Source: Candidatus Marinacidobacterium sp. (lineage in GTDB: Bacteria > Acidobacteriota > Vicinamibacteria > Marinacidobacterales > Marinacidobacteraceae). From it: DNA of 64,000 nt. The notes under the pieces are model-generated. The model saw nothing but the letters and a program-made list of their open reading frames with translations. It was not told where the DNA came from and made no database searches. Below are positions 35,388-45,779 of this stretch, piece by piece (position 1 is the stretch's first letter; every line of letters starts with the position of its first letter). The stretch lies in the NCBI GenBank assembly GCA_965204755.1, contig OZ242011.1, forward strand, positions 2,560,001 to 2,624,000, in the 5' to 3' direction. The position numbers and the translations under genes were made by a program.

Positions 35388-38300
35388 TTACGCCGGGCCC
35401 GCCGCCGTCCCGTCCGACGAATCTCCCGAAGCGCTTGCCGTGGTCTCCGCCGGCGGATCCTCCAGGGTCAGTACGCGCAAACCCTCGACGCCGCGCGGGT
35501 CGATCACCTTCACGGCGACGCGCCAGGCCCCGCCCGGGCCCAGGCGCTCCGGGCGGCGGAACGGCAGGCTCTCGAAACCGGTGAGCGCCTCGAAGGCGCC
35601 CCGCTCCACGAGGCCGAGGCCGCCGAGCGCGCGGGCGAGTTGCCGCCACTTCGACCGGTCGGGGAAGAAGGCCTGGCAGATGCAGAAAGCGCGGCCGTCG
35701 TAGTCGGTATCCACGAACCAGGCGGCGACCCGGTCCCGGTTCGTCGCGTGGACTTCGTGGTTCACCGGGTCATAGACATCCATACCTTCCATCTCGACCG
35801 TGTACTCCCCGTCGGCGGCCCGGAGGGGGCCGGCCACCCGGGGCGCGGCGAAGACCGTGAAGATCTGGCTCCCCGGCTGCGTCTTCAGCAACTCCTCCAT
35901 CGCCACATCGGGGTTGATGAGCGCGGCGTGCGCGGTGAGGTTCGGGTGCTCGCCGCCTTCGATCGCCTCCTGCGCGGCGGCGTCGAAACCGAAACCGGCG
36001 AACACCACCTCGTCGTAACCGGCCAAGTTCGCGTCGCGCATCGCGCGTTCGACCTGCAGCGAAGTCAGGTTGCCGAACTCCGGCCCCACGCTGACGGCGA
36101 CCCGGCGGTCTTCCCGGCCGTCTTCCCGGCCGTCTTCCCGGCCGTCTTCCCGGCCGTCTTCCCGGCCGCCGTCTTCCCGGCCGTCTTCCCGGCCGTCTTC
36201 CCGGCCGCCGTCCTCCCATTCCCCTTCGGCGTGGACGAGCGCGCCGCTCGCCGCTTCGAGACGGCGGAACCGCATCGTCCCGTTCCCCGGGAAGTCCACG
36301 CCGCTCGCCCGGAGGAGGCGAATGACCTTGGCGATGTGCGCCTCGCCGTTCCGCGCCGCGAGGTCGCTTCGCTCCTCGTCCCTGGCGGGGAAGGCGTCGA
36401 GTTCGTCCGGCGCCCCGCCGATCGGCGAATCCACCGGGGTGTCCGGCCCGTCCTCGACGGCGATGACGCCTTCGACGCTGAACGGCCCCGCGACCCGCAC
36501 CGCTCCCTTCTCGACTTCGGGCCGGTCCACCAGTTCCTCGGACTCGGCGTTCGCCGCGATGCAGGCGTTCACTTCGTCCATCTTCGCCCGCCAGGCCTTC
36601 CGGTACGCGGCGAGCGCGTCCCGGAGCGCCGCCGGGTAGTCCGGGTCGGCGTCGAAGGGGACCTCCCACTCCCGCCACGGCCCCGGAGGGATGCGTTCCC
36701 GGTACTTCTTCAACTGCGCCGCGGTGAGCGCCTTCGACCCCCGCCGCGCCGGTTCGGGCCGCGCGCCGGCGAGCGACGCGCCGGGCAGCAGCCAGCGGCG
36801 CAGGTCGCCGTCGGTCACGGCGCGCGTCCCTTCCGCCCGGTGCTTCGCGATGAGTTTCGCCGCGAGTGCGGCTTTCAGCGGCTCGGAAACCTCTTCCAGC
36901 GCGTCGTTCAGTCCCGCGAGCGCTTTCGCCAGGATCGGTTCGTGTTTGGCGAAGACGGGATCGAGGGAGTCGTTCCGGGCGATGCTGCCGAGCGTGATGT
37001 GGGGCGCGGTGCGGCAAGCCAGCGTCCGGGGTTCCCCGGTGGGGCGCCCCTCTTCGTCGTGGCCCGAGAGCCAGGGCCCGTCCGGGTTGCGCCGCCGGTC
37101 CGCGCCGGTCGGTTCGCGCAGCCGGTAGTACTCGAACTTCGCCGTCATCAGGCGGTGCTTGGCCAGCGTCAGCGCCACGCGGCTGGTATCCATCGCGATC
37201 CAGCGCCGCCCCCACTGTTCCGCCACGAACGCCGTCGTCCCGCTGCCGCAGGTCGGGTCGAGGACCAGGTCGCCCGGATCGGTGGTCATCAGCAGGCAGC
37301 GCTCCACGACCTTCGTCGCCGTCTGGACGGCGAATATCTTGCCGGTCGCCCCCTGCGTGTCGCTCCACTGGTTCGTGATCTCCATCACCGGGTAGTCGGT
37401 GGACCGAAACACATATCGCGGCACCGTCTTCTGCCAGCGAACCCGACCCGAGGCGAGCAATCGCCGCATACCCTGCGGATTGGTCTTCCAACTCGTCGTG
37501 GGGTTCGGGAACGCCGGGCGGCCGTCCAGCGTGAACTCGAAGTGGCACGACGGCGTGTAACCGGTCGCCATCAAGTCGATCATGCTGAAGAACTCGGCGC
37601 GATCCGGTCGCTCCGACAGGTCGCCGGCCTTCACGACATCCCCGTTCGGCAACAGGGCCTGGGAAAACTGCGTGCCCGCGCCCTCCTGACGAGGCAGGAA
37701 GAGGCGGCGGAACTTCACGCGCTCCCGATCCTTCGCGTACCAGAGGAGGTAGTCGGCGATGTTGGGCAGGTGGGCCGCGTTCAACGCGATCTTCGTCCGG
37801 AAGGAGATGAGCGACATGCAGTTCGCCGGCCCGAACACTTCATCGAGCAGGTTGCGAACCAGGTGGACATGCTCGTCGCTGATCTGCACGAAGACGCTCC
37901 CCGTATCGGCCAACAACTCCCGCGCCATCGCCAGCCGGTCTCGGAGGTATCCCAGGTACGAATGCACCCCCAGCGTCCAGGTGTCCCGATACGCCTTCAC
38001 GGTTTCCGGCTCCCGCGTCAAGTCCTGTTCGCGGTCCTTGACATCCGAATGCGTGAGATTCGGCTGGAAGTTCGAGCGGTAGTTGATGCCGTACGGCGGG
38101 TCGAGGAAGATCGTCTGCACCCGCCCGGCCAGGTCCTCCCGCCGCGCCAGACTCGCCATCACCTGGAGCGAGTCCCCGAGGATCAGCCGGTTCGTCCAGT
38201 CCACCTCGTGGCGGTAGAACTGGACGGCCTTCGCATACTCCAACTCCGGGTCGCCGAACAGCCCGCGACTCGCTTCCTTCCGCCGCAGCGCCCGCAACAT

Positions 38301-38681
38301 CGCCTGGACGGAAACCCGCTCGTGCATGTGGAGCGCGACCGGATCCACCTCGAACCACGGCCGCTCCCGCTTCCCGGCCCACTCCAGCCACGGCTCGCGC
38401 CGCCGCAGCGCCTCGGCGAGTTCCCGCGCTTCCTCCCCGGTCAGCGCCCGCTCCCGCGCCTCCCGGAGGAGCGGCGGCAGCGAGTCCTCCCCCTTCGCGT
38501 CCGGCGCCGACCGCAGCGCCGGCGGCAAGTGCGGGTTGAACTCGTACCGATGCGGCGCCTCCTCCCGAACCTTCCCGTGCGACTCGATCCCCGCCGGCGG
38601 CAGGTTCTTCCGCTTCGCCCGATGCGTCAACGCCCCCACCCCCTCGCCCCCCCGCACCCTCGGGGACGCCTTCGCCGCCAC
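35388..38681 (-). CDS. mod: Type III R-M adenine methyltransferase Mod subunit
   Basis: NRLILGDSLQVM, catalytic FLDPPYG, AYRDTW, VLDPTCGSGTTA, AWFVDTDYDG, VAVKVIDPRG. Confidence 0.92.
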   Translation of the reverse strand: MAAKASPRVRGGEGVGALTHRAKRKNLPPAGIESHGKVREEAPHRYEFNPHLPPALRSAPDAKGEDSLPPLLREARERALTGEEARELAEALRRREPWLEWAGKRERPWFEVDPVALHMHERVSVQAMLRALRRKEASRGLFGDPELEYAKAVQFYRHEVDWTNRLILGDSLQVMASLARREDLAGRVQTIFLDPPYGINYRSNFQPNLTHSDVKDREQDLTREPETVKAYRDTWTLGVHSYLGYLRDRLAMARELLADTGSVFVQISDEHVHLVRNLLDEVFGPANCMSLISFRTKIALNAAHLPNIADYLLWYAKDRERVKFRRLFLPRQEGAGTQFSQALLPNGDVVKAGDLSERPDRAEFFSMIDLMATGYTPSCHFEFTLDGRPAFPNPTTSWKTNPQGMRRLLASGRVRWQKTVPRYVFRSTDYPVMEITNQWSDTQGATGKIFAVQTATKVVERCLLMTTDPGDLVLDPTCGSGTTAFVAEQWGRRWIAMDTSRVALTLAKHRLMTAKFEYYRLREPTGADRRRNPDGPWLSGHDEEGRPTGEPRTLACRTAPHITLGSIARNDSLDPVFAKHEPILAKALAGLNDALEEVSEPLKAALAAKLIAKHRAEGTRAVTDGDLRRWLLPGASLAGARPEPARRGSKALTAAQLKKYRERIPPGPWREWEVPFDADPDYPAALRDALAAYRKAWRAKMDEVNACIAANAESEELVDRPEVEKGAVRVAGPFSVEGVIAVEDGPDTPVDSPIGGAPDELDAFPARDEERSDLAARNGEAHIAKVIRLLRASGVDFPGNGTMRFRRLEAASGALVHAEGEWEDGGREDGREDGREDGGREDGREDGREDGREDGREDRRVAVSVGPEFGNLTSLQVERAMRDANLAGYDEVVFAGFGFDAAAQEAIEGGEHPNLTAHAALINPDVAMEELLKTQPGSQIFTVFAAPRVAGPLRAADGEYTVEMEGMDVYDPVNHEVHATNRDRVAAWFVDTDYDGRAFCICQAFFPDRSKWRQLARALGGLGLVERGAFEALTGFESLPFRRPERLGPGGAWRVAVKVIDPRGVEGLRVLTLEDPPAETTASASGDSSDGTAAGPA
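36108..36210 (-). repeat. In-frame 12/15-bp tandem repeat (GRED x8) inside mod
   Basis: gtcttcccggcc units, with occasional extra gcc triplets. Confidence 0.9.
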
Positions 38682-38780
38682 GACCCCGAATCTTACCCGT
38701 CGCCCGGCCCCGGACCGACCGGCGCGAGCGGCGCATTACGAAAACCAGAGCGAGCGCGAAAAGCGTTATCGTTCCGGCGG

Positions 38781-40037
38781 ATGCCCTCCTTCCAGCGCCG
38801 CCAGGTCGGCGTCCTCGTCGAGCGGCTGGCGGAGGAGCCGCGCCATATCCAGGCGGTCGTCGGCCCCCGGCAGACCGGGAAGACCGTCATCCTCCGGCAG
38901 GCGCTCGACCGCTGCGGCCTCCCCTTCCGGCTGGTCGCGGTGGACGAGCCCGACCCGGGCTCCGGGGAGGACATCCGGAGCGGGCGCCGCCGGAGCCCGT
39001 CCCGCGCGCCCTCCCCCGCCCGGGACGCGGACTGGCTCATCCGGATCTGGGAGTGGGCGCGGCTCCGGGCGGCGCGGTTCCCGGAGGGTTTCGTGTTGGC
39101 GTTCGACGAGATCCAGCGGGTCCCGCGCTGGTCGGATGTGGTCAAGGGGCTTTGGGACCGGGACCGGGCGGAGGAGCGGCCGCTTCGCGTGGTGATCTCC
39201 GGGTCGTCGCCGCTCACGATGCAGGAGGACATCGGCGAAAGTTTGGTGGGGCGATTCGAGGAGATCTCCACGGCGCCCTGGGCGTTTCCCGAGATGGAGG
39301 CGGCGTTCGGTTTGGGAATCGAGCAGTTCGTGTTCTACGGGGGGTACCCCGGCGCGGCGAGTTTCGTCGGCGACTTCGACCGCTGGCGCGCCTACATCAC
39401 GCGAGCCGTCGGGGCCGCGGCGGTGGAGCGGGATCTCCTCGGCCGGATCCGGGTGGACCTCCCGGCGCTCCTGACGCTCGTGTTCCGGATCGCGTGCAGT
39501 TTCTCCGGGCAGATCGTCTCCTACCAGAAGATGATCGGGGAGTTGCGGCACCGGGGAAACCCCGCCACGCTGGCGCGCTACCTCGACCTGCTCGAGCGCG
39601 TAGGACTCGTGGCGGCGGTCTCCCGCTACAAGGGGCCGATGTCCCTCGCGCCGTCGAGTCCCAAACTCCAGGTGCTCGACACCTCGCTGATGGCGGTCCA
39701 TACCGGCCGCCGGTTCGAAGACGCCCTCGCGGATCGGACTTTCTGGGGCAGGCTCGTCGAGAGCGCGGTCGGGGCGCACCTGCTGAACACCCGCGACATC
39801 GGCGAGCGCGTTTACTACTGGCGGGACGGCGAGGACGAAGTGGACTTCGTCGTCGAACGCGGGCCCTTCCTGGCCGCCGTCGAAGTCAAGACCGGGCGGA
39901 GCGGACACCGGCATCGGGGCCTCCTTGCCTTCTCGAAGCGTTTTCCGCGCGCTCGCGCGGTTCTCGTGGGGCCCGGCGAGACGCCGCTTTCTGACTTCCT
40001 TTCCGTGCCGGCCGGGTATTGGGTGGCGTCGGAATGA
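38781..40037 (+). CDS. AAA_14/DUF4143 ATP-binding protein
   Basis: GPRQTGKT, LAFDEIQ, ISGSS, YGGYPG, SSPKLQVLD, YYWRDGEDEVDFV...AVEVK. Confidence 0.9.
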   Translation: MPSFQRRQVGVLVERLAEEPRHIQAVVGPRQTGKTVILRQALDRCGLPFRLVAVDEPDPGSGEDIRSGRRRSPSRAPSPARDADWLIRIWEWARLRAARFPEGFVLAFDEIQRVPRWSDVVKGLWDRDRAEERPLRVVISGSSPLTMQEDIGESLVGRFEEISTAPWAFPEMEAAFGLGIEQFVFYGGYPGAASFVGDFDRWRAYITRAVGAAAVERDLLGRIRVDLPALLTLVFRIACSFSGQIVSYQKMIGELRHRGNPATLARYLDLLERVGLVAAVSRYKGPMSLAPSSPKLQVLDTSLMAVHTGRRFEDALADRTFWGRLVESAVGAHLLNTRDIGERVYYWRDGEDEVDFVVERGPFLAAVEVKTGRSGHRHRGLLAFSKRFPRARAVLVGPGETPLSDFLSVPAGYWVASE

Positions 40038-43000
40038 AGTTTCGTCTCCCCCGCACGGTTACCGAAGTCGGGAACGAGCGGGCGGTCTCCCGGCCGCTGG
40101 CTGATTTCCGAGGCGAAGCCGCGCTCGTCCTCATCGGCGATCCCGGCGCCGGCAAGACGACGGAGTTCGAGCGGGAGGCCGAGACTCTCGGTCCCGACGC
40201 CGTGTACTTGGCGGCCTACGAATTCGAGCGATTCTCCGAGGATGCGCGCCGGGAGACGCGGACGCTCTTCGTAGATGGACTCGACGAGATGCGGGCCGGG
40301 CCGGGCGACCCCCGCCGGCCGCTGGACGCGATGGTGGCCGGACTCGCGCGGCTCGGCTTTCCGCCGTTCCGGGTGTCCTGCCGGGCGGTGGACTGGTTCG
40401 GACGCATCGACCGCGCTCGGCTGGAATCCGTTTCTTCGACTGCCCTGACCGTCGTTCGGCTGGACGCGCTTTCCGACGAGGACATCGAGCGTTTGCTCCG
40501 GGAACACCTGCCGCCGGAGAAAGCGGGCCGCTTCCGGCGGAAGGCCCGCGAGATCGGTCTCTTCGAGATGCTGCGGAATCCGCAGGGGCTCGAAGTCCTC
40601 GTTCGCGCTTTCGCGTCGGGCGAGGACGAATGGCCGGTAAGCCGGCGGGAAGCGTTCGAACGGGCCTGCCGCCAACTGGCGGAAGAGCGGAACGACGAGC
40701 ACTCGGAGGCCGCGGAATCCCCGCCGACAGTGGACCGCCTGCTCGATGCCGCCGGCGAGTGGAACGCTCGCCTCCTGCTCGGCGGCGCCGCCGGTTGCGT
40801 CCGCCGCCGTCAGGACGCCGATGCGAACTGGGTGGCGCCGCCCGCCGAGGCGGAACCGGCGAGTCGGGCGGTTCTCGGGACGCGGTTGTTCGCCGCCGCG
40901 CCGGAGGAAGGACGATTCGTTCCGGCGCACCGTCAGGTCGCCGAGTTCCTCGCCGGTCGGTATCTTGCTCGCCGGGTCGAGGAGGGCGGGAACGACGCCC
41001 CGAAACTGCCTGTTGGCCGCGTGCTCTCCTGGATCACCGCCGCGGCGGGCGGCGCCGCGCCCACGCCGCTCCGCGGTCTGGCGGGCTGGTTCGCCGCGTT
41101 CTGTCCCGAGGCTCGCGCGGTACTCCTTCGGAGTGATCCGGTGGCGATGGCCGCCTACGGCGACACCGCCGGCTATTCGACGGAAGAAAAGCGTCTGCTG
41201 CTCCGGCGGCTGCGGGACGAACACCCCGAGTTCGGCCCCCACCGCTTCCCGGCGGAGGCCCTTCGTCCGCTCGCGGTTCCTCCGATGGCGGCGAGCCTCC
41301 GGGAAGTCCTCGAATCCCCGGATCGCGGCGACGCCGCGCAGGTCACCGCCGGCATCGCCCTTCGCGCCCTGGCCGTCGGCGAACCGATGCCGGACTTTTC
41401 GGAGTTGCTCCTCGGTATCGTCCGCGAACGCGATCGCTGGAGAGATATCCGACTCTACGCACTCGACGCGTATTTCCCCAACAGTGTCGAGGATCCGAGC
41501 CGCGACCCGTCCCTTCGGCGTCTGCTCGCCGACCTTCGGGACGGTTCCGTCCCCGACGGAGAACGGGAACTGCTGGGAACACTGCTCGACCGTCTGTTCC
41601 CGGAAGTCATTCCTCCGACGGAACTCTGGGACTACCTGCTGCCGCAGCCGGTCCAACTCGTCGGGCGTTACGACGGTTTCTGGCTGTTCGGCCTGACCGA
41701 CGCCCGCCGCCGGAAGTTCCTGCCGGAAGTGGTGGAGGCGCTTGGGCCGCGGTTGCCCGAGTTGAGGCCGGCGCTGACGGACCGGATCCTCGAAGACCTT
41801 CCCTCCAGACTCGTTGCGCGCTGTCTGGAGGAATACGGGGATGAGACGCCGGTCCCGCGTCTCTACGACTGGCTGCTCCTGGGGATGTCGCATCGCTGGC
41901 GCTACGGCGGAAGTGACGCGGCGCAACGGATCGCCGACTGGCTGGGAACTCATCGCGAAGTGTTGGGCGATCTCTGGCGCGAGGCTTTGGAGCGTTGCCC
42001 GGAGACCGACGAGTTCCCGAGGCGACTTCTGAAAGTCGGCGAGACGCTGGGAGTCGTGGCGCCGCCGGACGACTTCGGGCAGCGGTGTCTCGACTGGGTC
42101 CGCGAGATCGGGGCCGACCGCCCGCGGCTGGCGAAGTGGCTGGTCTCCCAAGCGGTCGAGCGATCCTCGACGGAGGGCATCCCCTTCGAGGACCTCCGGT
42201 CGAAGATCGAGGGCCGCCGCGACTTGGAGGAGTATCTGCCCCGCAAGACGCCGCTTCGTCCCGGATACCTCGTCGAAGACCGGGGTCAGCGGGACTTCGT
42301 CGAGGAGCGGCGGAGGGACGACGCCGCCATCGAAGTCGAGGTCCGCGCGGAATCTGCGGCGCTCCGCGAAAATCGCGGGCGGCCGGGCCTGCTCCATCTT
42401 CTCGCCGGGCAATACCTGTCTTCGCTCGACCCGGCCTTCCGGCTGCTCGGCGACGGCTGGCGCCTCTCCGACCCGGCCCTTCGCCGGGTGGCCGTGGACG
42501 CGCTCGCCCTCACCCCGTCGCGGAAGGATGTCCCGGACGCCGGGGAGATCCTGCGGCTGCACTCGGAAGACCGGCTCCACTACCTGACCCTGCCGTTCCT
42601 CGCCGGTCTCGAAGCCGTCGAGCGAGGAGACGCCGCCGGTTCGGGAGCGCTCGACGAACGGCAGCGGGAATGCTCACTCGCCTTCTACTTCACCGCCCCG
42701 AGTTACCGGGGCGACGCGCCCGACTGGTTCCGAAGACTCGTCCGCGAAGATCCTGAACCCATTGCGCGCCTCCTCGTCCGCTTCGCGAAGTCGGAGATCG
42801 CCGCCGGCAGCGCGGTCATCCCTTATCTCGACTCGCTGCTGCTCGATCCGGCCCACGCCGAAGTCGCCGCGCAGGCAGCGCCCGAACTGCTCAGCGGGTT
42901 TCCGGTGCGCGCCCAGGGGAAACAGGTGGAGGCGCTCGACCTGCTGCTGTGGTCGGCGATCCGCTACGCCGACCGCGACGCCCTGTTGCCGATCATCGCC

Positions 43001-44086
43001 CGCAAGGCCGCCGCGAAGAGCATGACCGTCCCGCAGCGCCCGCACTGGATCGCCGCCGGCCTGGTCGCGGCCCCGGAGGTTTACCGGGAAGAGGTCGAAC
43101 AACTGTTCGACGATGTGGAAGCGGTGTTCTCGGCGGCCCAGTTCTTCTGTCCCGACTACCCGACGAACTTCCCGGACGAAGACACCGACCCGGACACGCT
43201 GCGGTTCCTCGCGACCCGGCTCGGCGCGATGTTCGGCCCGGAGACTCCGACCGAACCGCGGTTCTTGGGCTTGGAGGACCGGGCCAGCGACTGGATTCGA
43301 GGCGTCCTCGACGAAATGGCTTCCCGCGTTGGCCCGAAGCCCGGAGAAGTGCTCAACGCCCTGTTGGAAGAACCGTCACTCGAACGCTGGGCCCGGCCGA
43401 TCGAGTCAGCGCGAAGCCGCCAGCGAATCCGCGACCGGGAGGCCGGCTTCCGGCATCCCGATGCGGAGCGGATCACCCACGCCCTGCGCGGCGGGCCGCC
43501 GGCGAGCGCCGCCGACTTCTCCGCGCTGGTCGCGGAGCATCTCGACGACCTCGCCTGCCACATCGCCGGCGGCGACGCGAACGAATGGCGATACTACTGG
43601 AACGAGCCGACCGGCGGCTCGCTCGAACCCAAGAACGAAGAGTCCTGTCGAGATGCCCTGCTCGCGGCGCTTCGTCGGCGTCTCGGTCACGAGTACAAAG
43701 TGATGCCGGAGGCGCGCCATGCGGGAGGAACCCGCTCCGACCTGCTCGTCAGCTCGAAAGGCTATGCGGTGCCCATCGAGATCAAACGCGAGAGCCACCG
43801 TGAACTCTGGACGGCCATTTCGGAACAGTTGCTTCCCCGCTACGCCACCTTGCCGGAAGCCGCCGGCCGCGGCATCTACCTGGTGCTCTGGTTCGGCGGC
43901 GACGACACCGCCAGACCCCCGAAAGGAATCCCCCCGACGACCCCGGAAGACCTGCGCCGCCGCCTCCTCGAATCCCTCCCGCGAAACGAACGCGACCGCG
44001 TCGAAGTCCGCGTCCTCGATGTCCGCCCCCCGAAAACCCGCCGCGACGGGGAAACCGCCCGAGTTACCGCGAAACGAACCGCATGA
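40034..44086 (+). CDS. Large STAND (NLR/Avs-like) NTPase with helical sensor region and C-terminal PD-(D/E)XK nuclease
   Basis: GDPGAGKT, LFVDGLDE, VSCR, NPQGL, HRQVAEFLAG. C-terminal EESCRD...RSDL...PIEIK...EQL.PRY...GIYLVLWFG. Confidence 0.82.
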   Translation: MKFRLPRTVTEVGNERAVSRPLADFRGEAALVLIGDPGAGKTTEFEREAETLGPDAVYLAAYEFERFSEDARRETRTLFVDGLDEMRAGPGDPRRPLDAMVAGLARLGFPPFRVSCRAVDWFGRIDRARLESVSSTALTVVRLDALSDEDIERLLREHLPPEKAGRFRRKAREIGLFEMLRNPQGLEVLVRAFASGEDEWPVSRREAFERACRQLAEERNDEHSEAAESPPTVDRLLDAAGEWNARLLLGGAAGCVRRRQDADANWVAPPAEAEPASRAVLGTRLFAAAPEEGRFVPAHRQVAEFLAGRYLARRVEEGGNDAPKLPVGRVLSWITAAAGGAAPTPLRGLAGWFAAFCPEARAVLLRSDPVAMAAYGDTAGYSTEEKRLLLRRLRDEHPEFGPHRFPAEALRPLAVPPMAASLREVLESPDRGDAAQVTAGIALRALAVGEPMPDFSELLLGIVRERDRWRDIRLYALDAYFPNSVEDPSRDPSLRRLLADLRDGSVPDGERELLGTLLDRLFPEVIPPTELWDYLLPQPVQLVGRYDGFWLFGLTDARRRKFLPEVVEALGPRLPELRPALTDRILEDLPSRLVARCLEEYGDETPVPRLYDWLLLGMSHRWRYGGSDAAQRIADWLGTHREVLGDLWREALERCPETDEFPRRLLKVGETLGVVAPPDDFGQRCLDWVREIGADRPRLAKWLVSQAVERSSTEGIPFEDLRSKIEGRRDLEEYLPRKTPLRPGYLVEDRGQRDFVEERRRDDAAIEVEVRAESAALRENRGRPGLLHLLAGQYLSSLDPAFRLLGDGWRLSDPALRRVAVDALALTPSRKDVPDAGEILRLHSEDRLHYLTLPFLAGLEAVERGDAAGSGALDERQRECSLAFYFTAPSYRGDAPDWFRRLVREDPEPIARLLVRFAKSEIAAGSAVIPYLDSLLLDPAHAEVAAQAAPELLSGFPVRAQGKQVEALDLLLWSAIRYADRDALLPIIARKAAAKSMTVPQRPHWIAAGLVAAPEVYREEVEQLFDDVEAVFSAAQFFCPDYPTNFPDEDTDPDTLRFLATRLGAMFGPETPTEPRFLGLEDRASDWIRGVLDEMASRVGPKPGEVLNALLEEPSLERWARPIESARSRQRIRDREAGFRHPDAERITHALRGGPPASAADFSALVAEHLDDLACHIAGGDANEWRYYWNEPTGGSLEPKNEESCRDALLAALRRRLGHEYKVMPEARHAGGTRSDLLVSSKGYAVPIEIKRESHRELWTAISEQLLPRYATLPEAAGRGIYLVLWFGGDDTARPPKGIPPTTPEDLRRRLLESLPRNERDRVEVRVLDVRPPKTRRDGETARVTAKRTA

Positions 44087-44571
44087 AAAACCCGCCGGCC
44101 GACTCCGCGGGCCGCTCCGCCGAGGAGCGGCCGGTCCGGCTGCCGCCGTCCCGAGCCTTCTTGGTTTCCGGTCGGATCGACCGGATCGAACCCGACGGCG
44201 TCCGATTCCGGTTGCGGTTCAGCGACGGCCGGACGCTTCCGGGGCGGCTCGGTCCGGGGGTGGAAGTCGAGGAGTTGCGTCGGTTCGGGGGGCGTCAGGT
44301 CGCCGTGTCCGGGCAGGTCCGCTTCCACCCGGACGGAACACCGCGCGTACTCGTGGCGCGCCGGATCGGGAAGCGTGAGAAGGGCCACGCCATCTTCGAC
44401 CAGATGCCGGAGGGCGTCGTACCGGGATCGCCGGTGATCTCGAAGGAACTGGCGGAGAAGGCGGCGAACTTCGACTGGAGCCGACTGGAAGGCCTTTGGG
44501 AGATCGACCAGTCCCCCGAGGAGGTGCTCGCGCAAATTCGGGAGATGCGGTCGCCCCCGGTCGAGCCGTAA
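44083..44571 (+). CDS. Hypothetical protein (beta-rich, possibly OB-like)
   Basis: ATGA overlap with the upstream stop and plausible globular composition. Confidence 0.6.
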   Translation: MKNPPADSAGRSAEERPVRLPPSRAFLVSGRIDRIEPDGVRFRLRFSDGRTLPGRLGPGVEVEELRRFGGRQVAVSGQVRFHPDGTPRVLVARRIGKREKGHAIFDQMPEGVVPGSPVISKELAEKAANFDWSRLEGLWEIDQSPEEVLAQIREMRSPPVEP

Positions 44572-44641
44572 CCGCGGCGAGCGGCGCTCCCGTACCGGGC
44601 GCGGCGACACTCGCCGGCCGGCGCGCGGAACGCCGGCGGAT

Positions 44642-45721
44642 TCAGGCCCCGCGCGGGGCGGGGGCGTGTTCGAGGATGTAGTCCATCAGGCTCGGAATGC
44701 CCGGTTCCCAGTCCGGAACGCCTTTCGTCTGCCACACGAAACCCAGGTGCTCGAGGGCGTCGCCCGTTTCGACCACATCCACTTCGTCGGCGCCCGTGTC
44801 GGTGATCACCGCGTCCAACTCGGTGAAGGGAATGGTGGAACGGTCGCAGAACGCCTCCGCCACTCGCCGGGCCGCTCCGAGCAGGTTTCTGCGGCGGAGT
44901 TCCATGAACCGGTCGAGGTAGTAGTGGTTTTTCCGGGACTCGAACTCGGCGGCCGCCGCTTCCACGACAGTTGTCGTCACGGTATCGACGCCGTCCGGCC
45001 CATCGACCATCACTCGCCACACCGCGCGGCCCCAGACCTGGGTGAAGAACGGATAGCCGTCGCTCTCCCGCGCGATGCGGGAGAGGGCGTCCGCTTCGAA
45101 CTCGATTCCCTCCGCCGCCAGGGGACGCGAGACGGCTTCGGCGGCCTCGTCTTCCGTAAGGCGGCCGATCGCCAGTTTCTTCCCGCGGCTCCAGAACGAC
45201 GCGCCCGTCTCGGACAGTCTCGCCCGGAGGTCCGGCGTCCCGGCCAGGACGAGAAGGAAGGGGGCGCGGCTGCCGGCGGTCTGCGCCGCGTTCAGCAACC
45301 ACTGTCCGACCTCGGGTTTCAGGGTATGCGCTTCATCGAGCAGGACGAGCAGCGGCTTCGACCGCGCCCGGGCTTCCAGCGCTTCCGCCAGTCCATGCGG
45401 ATCGCCCGGCGTCTCCGGCGACGGCGGTCCGAGTCCGAGCCGCCGCGCCAGCGCGGCCGGTTCCGTCACTTCGACGCCGGTCAGCCAGCAGGTATCGAGA
45501 CCGGAGGCCGCTTCCGCTTCGACTTCGACCGAACGGAGCAGGGCGGTCTTGCCGTTGCCCCGCGGCCCGTAGACGATGACTTCGGAAGGGGCCGACTCGC
45601 GCTGCCGGAGCGTTTCGAGGCATTCGCGGAAATACGCTCGCTCCGCTTCCCGCCCCGCCAAGCAGGGAGGCAGCCCGCCGATTCCCGGGCGGAACGGCCC
45701 GACGCCGTCCGTTTCGTACAT
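44642..45721 (-). CDS. AAA_16-like ATP-binding protein
   Basis: PFRPGIGGLPPCLAGRE, GPRGNGKT, LLDEAH, LAGTP, SDGYPFFTQ. Confidence 0.85.
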   Translation of the reverse strand: MYETDGVGPFRPGIGGLPPCLAGREAERAYFRECLETLRQRESAPSEVIVYGPRGNGKTALLRSVEVEAEAASGLDTCWLTGVEVTEPAALARRLGLGPPSPETPGDPHGLAEALEARARSKPLLVLLDEAHTLKPEVGQWLLNAAQTAGSRAPFLLVLAGTPDLRARLSETGASFWSRGKKLAIGRLTEDEAAEAVSRPLAAEGIEFEADALSRIARESDGYPFFTQVWGRAVWRVMVDGPDGVDTVTTTVVEAAAAEFESRKNHYYLDRFMELRRRNLLGAARRVAEAFCDRSTIPFTELDAVITDTGADEVDVVETGDALEHLGFVWQTKGVPDWEPGIPSLMDYILEHAPAPRGA

Positions 45722-45779
45722 CGCGCCGCCGAGTATAGAAGCGGCCGCCTCGCGCCGCCGGCCGACCCCGCCGCCCCGC

